Of a stretch of DNA of 64,000 nucleotides, positions 59,196 through 64,000 are shown in pieces; position 1 is the stretch's first letter; each line of letters opens with the position of its first letter. The notes under the pieces are model-generated. The model was not told the origin of the DNA. It searched no databases and was given only the letters and a program-made list of their open reading frames with translations. Source of the stretch: a virus; the IMG/VR virus record IMGVR_UViG_3300046514_000687, positions 32,001 through 96,000 of that record. One strand, 5' to 3'. The translations under genes were made by a program, and so were the position numbers.

Positions 59196-60260
59196 ATGCC
59201 GCTCGTGATCGAGCAGGTCCAGCGCGGCATGGTACCGCCGCTAGACGCCATGCTGGAGCAGGCCCAGATCGTCCGCATCCAGAACGTCGCCCAGTGGTAC
59301 TGGGGCCACGACCAGGACTACTGGGAGCTGCACCGGCACTTCCCCAACGTGGCGCCGCCGTGGCCCGTCGCCTGGTACGAGTACCACATGCCCCGCGTGG
59401 TCCAGCTCCTCACTGGCCCGGCGCGCGCTACCCCGCTCGGCGTCGGGGTACTGATCAACGCCATCGAGGACCCTGCGGCCTGGTGGGACGCCGAGCACTG
59501 GCTGCCCTCCGCCCTCAAGACGCTGATGATGATGACCGCTTACCAGCGCACCGACGACGCGCACCAGGCCATCGACATCGCCGAGCGCGTCTTCCAGGAC
59601 GACACGGCCACGCTCCGCGCCTGCCCGTCGGACTGGACGCGGGACATGCGCGCCGCGCTCACCGCCCTGCCGGCCTACTGGCGGCGGGTCCAGGCGCGGT
59701 GGGTGCTCCAGCTGATCACCTACGTGGAAGACCCCGGCTTTCGCGTGCCGATGCCCTACTACGTGGACTTTATCCCGGTGCGCGCGGACGGCACGATCCC
59801 CTACGAGGAGCAGCCGGAAGGCCCGGCCGAGCCGCCGCGGCTGCTGCGCCTGCTGGTCTGCGCAACGCCCGCCAGCGTGGACCTATTCAACCGCCCCGCG
59901 CCCTACTTCCACCCCGCGCTGCTAGCTAACTGCTTCGCCCACTGCAAGAATGTCGCGGTTACGGACGGCGCCCCGCCGCCGAAGCTAGCGCGCCGCAACG
60001 CGCAGAAGGGCCGGCCGTTCCTGACCTGGAAGGTGCTGGACATCGACCCGATGATGCGCGTGCTGCGCCGCGAGGGCGGCATGGGCGAGCACGGCGAGCG
60101 CGCCGCTGCGGCTATGCACATCGTCCGCGGCCACTTCAACACCTACGACGAGAAGCCGCTGTTCGGCAAGTGGCGCGGCACCTGGTTCGTGCCGATGCAC
60201 ACTCGCGGCAGCCCGCGGGCGGGCCTGGCCGCCAAGGACTACGCGGTGAAGGGGAAGTGA
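59196..60260 (+). CDS. Hypothetical phage protein
   Basis: 354-aa ORF with C-terminal H.VRGHF...W...H.RG motif. Confidence 0.6.
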   Translation: MPLVIEQVQRGMVPPLDAMLEQAQIVRIQNVAQWYWGHDQDYWELHRHFPNVAPPWPVAWYEYHMPRVVQLLTGPARATPLGVGVLINAIEDPAAWWDAEHWLPSALKTLMMMTAYQRTDDAHQAIDIAERVFQDDTATLRACPSDWTRDMRAALTALPAYWRRVQARWVLQLITYVEDPGFRVPMPYYVDFIPVRADGTIPYEEQPEGPAEPPRLLRLLVCATPASVDLFNRPAPYFHPALLANCFAHCKNVAVTDGAPPPKLARRNAQKGRPFLTWKVLDIDPMMRVLRREGGMGEHGERAAAAMHIVRGHFNTYDEKPLFGKWRGTWFVPMHTRGSPRAGLAAKDYAVKGK

Positions 60261-60261
60261 G

Positions 60262-60936
60262 ATGACCCGCAAGCGCACCGCCATCGACGACTACATCGAC
60301 CGGCTGGACGTGAACGTGGTCCAGGAGGAGATCGAGGCTACGCGCAAGCACCTGCGGGCGCTGGCGACGGAGCTGCCGCGCCTGTCCCGCCTGCGCGCGG
60401 TGATCGCCTTCGTGGAGCGAGTCAAGGACGAAAACACGACCCTGTACGGCGAGCGCGCGCAGCTCCGCGGCGAGCTGGCCGACGCCCAGGAGCGCCTGGC
60501 TGAGGTGCGCCGCCGCTACGAGGTCCAGCGCATTGCCCTGGAGGACTACCGCGACCGGCTGGAGCGCGCGACGGTCGAGCTGGCAGCGGCGGCGGCACCA
60601 GACTCTCCGCTGGCGCCCACCGTGGTGCTGGTGAGCCTCCTGCGCGCCGCCCTGGACGACCTCGCGGTGGCTGCCAGCCACGTGCCGCCCGACAACAACC
60701 TCGCCGTCGCTCTGCACGTCGCGCGCTCCACGCTGGAGGCGACTCCGCTGCCCGAGGGCGCCCCGCATACCTTCGTGGAGGTGGCCGCGGCGCTCCAGCC
60801 ACACATCTGCGAGCCGTGCCGCGCCGGTCACCACGCGGACTGCACCGGCAGCGCCGAGCAGGTCTGCCCGTGCTCCGTGCGCCCCTCCGAGTGGGGGGAG
60901 CCGGACGGCCCGCACCACTCCCCGCTCCACCCGTAA
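60262..60936 (+). CDS. Coiled-coil protein with C-terminal Cys cluster
   Basis: Heptad pattern. C..C...H..C......CPC. Confidence 0.55.
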   Translation: MTRKRTAIDDYIDRLDVNVVQEEIEATRKHLRALATELPRLSRLRAVIAFVERVKDENTTLYGERAQLRGELADAQERLAEVRRRYEVQRIALEDYRDRLERATVELAAAAAPDSPLAPTVVLVSLLRAALDDLAVAASHVPPDNNLAVALHVARSTLEATPLPEGAPHTFVEVAAALQPHICEPCRAGHHADCTGSAEQVCPCSVRPSEWGEPDGPHHSPLHP

Positions 60937-61300
60937 ACTGCGCTGAGAGGAGGCTAGTCATGAGCTACGACGACGAGATCGCCGCGGCCGCGGCGGCTGA
61001 GGCTGCCGCGCTAGAGGCCGCCCGGGCGGACTGGCCCCAGCTCTGGACGAATACCCCGGATGCCTATGACGGCTTCGGCACCGAGACCATCGAGACCACC
61101 GACCTCTATGTGGACGGCCACGCTGGCGGCGCCTACGACTTCCCGTTCCGCCGCATCCGCTGCGACCCCGCTCACGTCCAGTGGCAGTGCGAGCGTAACA
61201 ACAGCGGGGCCTACTGGACGCTGGACACCCCGCTGTGGGCTACCTGGCTGATCGAGGGCCGCGTCGCGCCGCCGCCGGAGCGCGCTCCCGGATGACTCGC

Positions 61301-61370
61301 TGGCATTAGCTGTGCAGATGGGTTATAATCTACTGTAGGTACCCCGCTAAGGTACCGCAGCACACGGAGG
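61301..61370 (+). promoter_or_regulatory. Promoter cassette copy 11
   Basis: TGGCAT-17-TATAAT-8-GGTACC-CCGCTAA-GGTACC-GCAGCAC.CGGAGG. Confidence 0.9.
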
Positions 61371-61376
61371 CGCCAA

Positions 61377-61802
61377 GTGACCAAGTCGAAGGGCAAGCGC
61401 TGGCGGGTCATCCCCGGCACGCGGACGCCCGCTCCCGCGCCGCTCGCGCCGAAGGCCCCGAAGGCTCCGAAGTTCGCCGCCACCCCCGCTCCGCTGGTCG
61501 ACCCCGACACCGACCGCGCCATCCGCGCCGCCGAGCAGGAGGCCGACCGCGCCTTCGTTGCCACCATGAAGGGCATCGCCCCGCCGGAGTCGTTCGCCGC
61601 CAGCCTGAACTCCCTCTTCGAGGTCGTCGGCCCCGTGATCGCCGCCGGACGCCGCGAGCGCGCCATCGACCTTACGCGCCAGGTCGCCACCATCCGCGAG
61701 CAGGCCCGCGAGTTCGAGCGCGAGGGCCGCTTCAACCACGCCGACAAGGCGCTCGCCCGCGCCGCCAAGCTGGAGCGAGACGTCACCGCCGGGAGGTTCT
61801 AG
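61377..61802 (+). CDS. Hypothetical protein
   Basis: GTG after the cassette RBS. Confidence 0.6.
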   Translation: MTKSKGKRWRVIPGTRTPAPAPLAPKAPKAPKFAATPAPLVDPDTDRAIRAAEQEADRAFVATMKGIAPPESFAASLNSLFEVVGPVIAAGRRERAIDLTRQVATIREQAREFEREGRFNHADKALARAAKLERDVTAGRF

Positions 61803-61907
61803 CCCGTGTGGACCAGCACGCCGCGCCCCGCGCCCTGCCGCTGGTGCCCCTGCAAGGGGCCGACCGCGCCGCTCCCGTTCTGCTACTGCGCCTGCCACCG
61901 CTAGGAG

Positions 61908-61977
61908 TGGCCCCGCCCCGCAGGATGGGCTATAATCTAGCGTAGGTACCTCGTAAGGGTACCGCAGCACACGGAGG
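61908..61977 (+). promoter_or_regulatory. Promoter cassette copy 12
   Basis: TGGCCC-17-TATAAT-8-GGTACC-TCGTAAG-GGTACC-GCAGCAC.CGGAGG. Confidence 0.9.
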
Positions 61978-61983
61978 ACTATC

Positions 61984-62262
61984 ATGCCAGCACCGCGCAC
62001 CCCGCTCGCCCTCCTGCCCGAGATGCAGCTCCGCTACGAGGGCCCGCTGTTCAGCGTGACGCCGAGCGCAGACGGTCGCGAGGTCACCATCGCCGCTCGC
62101 CCCGACACCGCCCTCGCCCACGCGCCCGCCACCGTCCACGGGTACCTCAAGCCCCACCTGTTCGCGCTCCTGCGGATGGGGTACGCAGCCCGCTCCGAGA
62201 TCACCGTAGCCGCCGGGCGCCCCTGGATCCGCGCCCTGGTCGTCCGCGAGGCGGGCCGCTAG
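61984..62262 (+). CDS. Hypothetical protein
   Basis: ATG after the cassette RBS. Confidence 0.6.
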   Translation: MPAPRTPLALLPEMQLRYEGPLFSVTPSADGREVTIAARPDTALAHAPATVHGYLKPHLFALLRMGYAARSEITVAAGRPWIRALVVREAGR

Positions 62263-63368
62263 CGATGAGGATGGACTACAGCCGCGAGACCCCCGTCGTC
62301 CTGGAGTGCCGCAACTGCCACTGCCCGACGCAGATCGTCCGCGTCGACGGGCTCAACCGCGCCTACCTGTGGTGCCTGACCTGCCTCTGGTGGGACTGGC
62401 CCCGCAACGCCCGCCTTCCCGCGCCGAAGGAGGTCCGTCCGTGACTACCGAGCTGTCCGTCGCCATCTCGCTTACCGAGCGCGAGGCCGCCGCCTTCGCG
62501 GGCCTGGACGCGGTCCACCGCGGCTACGCTCAGCTGGCCGCCCGGCAGGCCCTCCGCGCCTACCTGGCGGGCCTGGGCCTGCTGCCGCCCGACACCGCGC
62601 TGGCCGTCGGCGACCACGTCACCCTGACCTTCCCCGGCGCTAGCGCACCGGTGGAGCTGCCGGCCGTGGTCACCCGCGTCGACCACCCGCTGGACCGCGC
62701 CGAGCGCGGCGGGCTGGTTACTCTGCCCGGCCCGTACACCACTTTCCGCTACACCCTGCCTGACGACCGCAGCAGCGAGATCCCGCTGCTGAACTCCACG
62801 CTCAGCACATTCGTCAAGGAGGTCTAGCATGGACTTCTCCGCGGGGCGCTGCCTGATCCTGGTGATCCCGCCCGTCGGCGTGGTGCGCCGGGCGGTCGTG
62901 GTCCGGGCGAGCCACACGCGGCCCCTCGGCGACCGCCCCGCCCACCCCGGCCCGTTCACCACCGTCCGCATCACCGCCGGCGCTGGCTGGTCCTACGAGG
63001 TGACGCTGCTGGACACTGCGCTCGCGGCGATGGCGCTCCGCGAGGAGGCCGCCTGATGGCCCGCTTCCGCTGCCCCCACGGCCATCCGGGGCCCTTCCAG
63101 CTCAACGTCGAGGTGGCCTGCGGCTGGGTCGCCCGCGTGGATACTCTCGGCGAGATCCGCGTCGGCAGCCTGGAGTACGTCGAGCCGAGCGGTGCGGTGT
63201 GGGTGCTGTCCTGCCGCGCGCCCGATTGCGACTGGGCGACTGAGCCGACCAGCCGGTTCTCCGTAACCCCGTACCCGCTGGCTCTCGCGGAGGGCGTGTG
63301 GGACCTCGTGACCGACCTCGTCACCGACCTGCGGCCTCGCCGCAGGGGCACGCGCCAAGGAGGCACTC

Positions 63369-63596
63369 GTGAGCGCTGACAACGTATCCGTCCCCATCGT
63401 GGTCCCCGCGCCGGTTCTGGAAGGGCTGGAGGCGGTGCGCGCGTCCGGCAAAACCAACATGTTCGACCGCCACGCCGTCGCCCGTCTGGCGATGGACGCC
63501 GGCTACTACGCCACCGCCTTGTGGGTCACCGAACACCGCGCCACCTACGCTGCCGGCATCTTTGCCGGCTTTGTCGCAGAAGGAGCCACGCCATGA
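63369..63596 (+). CDS. DUF5049-like protein
   Basis: L.AVRASGKTNMFD...V...A...GY. Confidence 0.65.
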   Translation: MSADNVSVPIVVPAPVLEGLEAVRASGKTNMFDRHAVARLAMDAGYYATALWVTEHRATYAAGIFAGFVAEGATP

Positions 63597-64000
63597 GCAA
63601 GCGCCCCGCCATCCCCACCATCGATGAAGTCGCCGACGTCACCTGCACCATGCTGCGCCAGTGCCACAACTTGGAGCCGATGCTCCACGTTTGCCGCCCC
63701 GACCGCGACGAGCTAGTGCTGCTAGCCGACCTGCCCGACACCGCCGACGGGCGTGAGGCCGCCGCCGCCGCCGTCGGCGCGACTGTCGGCGTGAGCGGCC
63801 CGATCCGGGCGGTCTACCTGATCCTGGAAGCCTGGGCGGTGGAGAAGACGCAGGAGGAGTACGCCCGTGGCGGCTACGTGCAGCCCCGCCACGACCCCGC
63901 ACGCCGTGACATCCTGCTGATCTACGGCTGGTACCCCGACGGCCGCCCCATCGAGCGTCGCCAGTTTGCCGTCGCGAAGGACGGTGACAAGGTGACCGGC

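Noticed and set aside
20572-61963. GGTACC repeats as a CRISPR array or integron attC sites
   Set aside because: Copies are 0.6-10 kb apart, carry -35/-10/RBS geometry, and lack attC GTTRRRY ends. No cas or integrase gene in the window.
21516-62157. Recurrent minus-strand peptide LRYL.GVPTLDYNP in several ORFs
   Set aside because: It is the antisense translation of the promoter cassette, not a protein family.

Overview
High-GC tailed-phage (or prophage) segment. No capsid, terminase or integrase gene is recognisable in the window. 1-11.9 kb holds tail fibre/receptor-binding and accessory virion genes. 11.9-18.2 kb is a lysis/envelope region (two-domain endolysin, papain-like protease, alpha/beta hydrolase, holin-like protein). 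18.4-20.5 kb is a short leftward operon with a candidate tandem-RHH regulator, a gene split by an in-frame TGA, and a LAGLIDADG homing endonuclease. 20.6-64 kb is a long rightward early/replication region of mostly small unknown genes, plus ParB-like, ArdC-like, Rad52/Sak, an initiator with iterons, a DnaC-like loader, glycosyltransferases, HNH, ASCH and DUF5131 genes. Main observations: (i) 12 dispersed copies of a promoter cassette TGGnnn-N17-TATAAT-N8-GGTACC-N7-GGTACC-GCAGCA..GGAGG, plus a 13th half-degenerate inverted copy over the divergent regulator's own promoter; (ii) a candidate phage selenoprotein (in-frame TGA followed by a bacterial SECIS-like hairpin); (iii) a non-canonical tRNA-like gene with an AUG anticodon; (iv) PEP-CTERM-like surface proteins, one next to two glycosyltransferases. 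All protein family assignments are by motif recognition only, with no database search.
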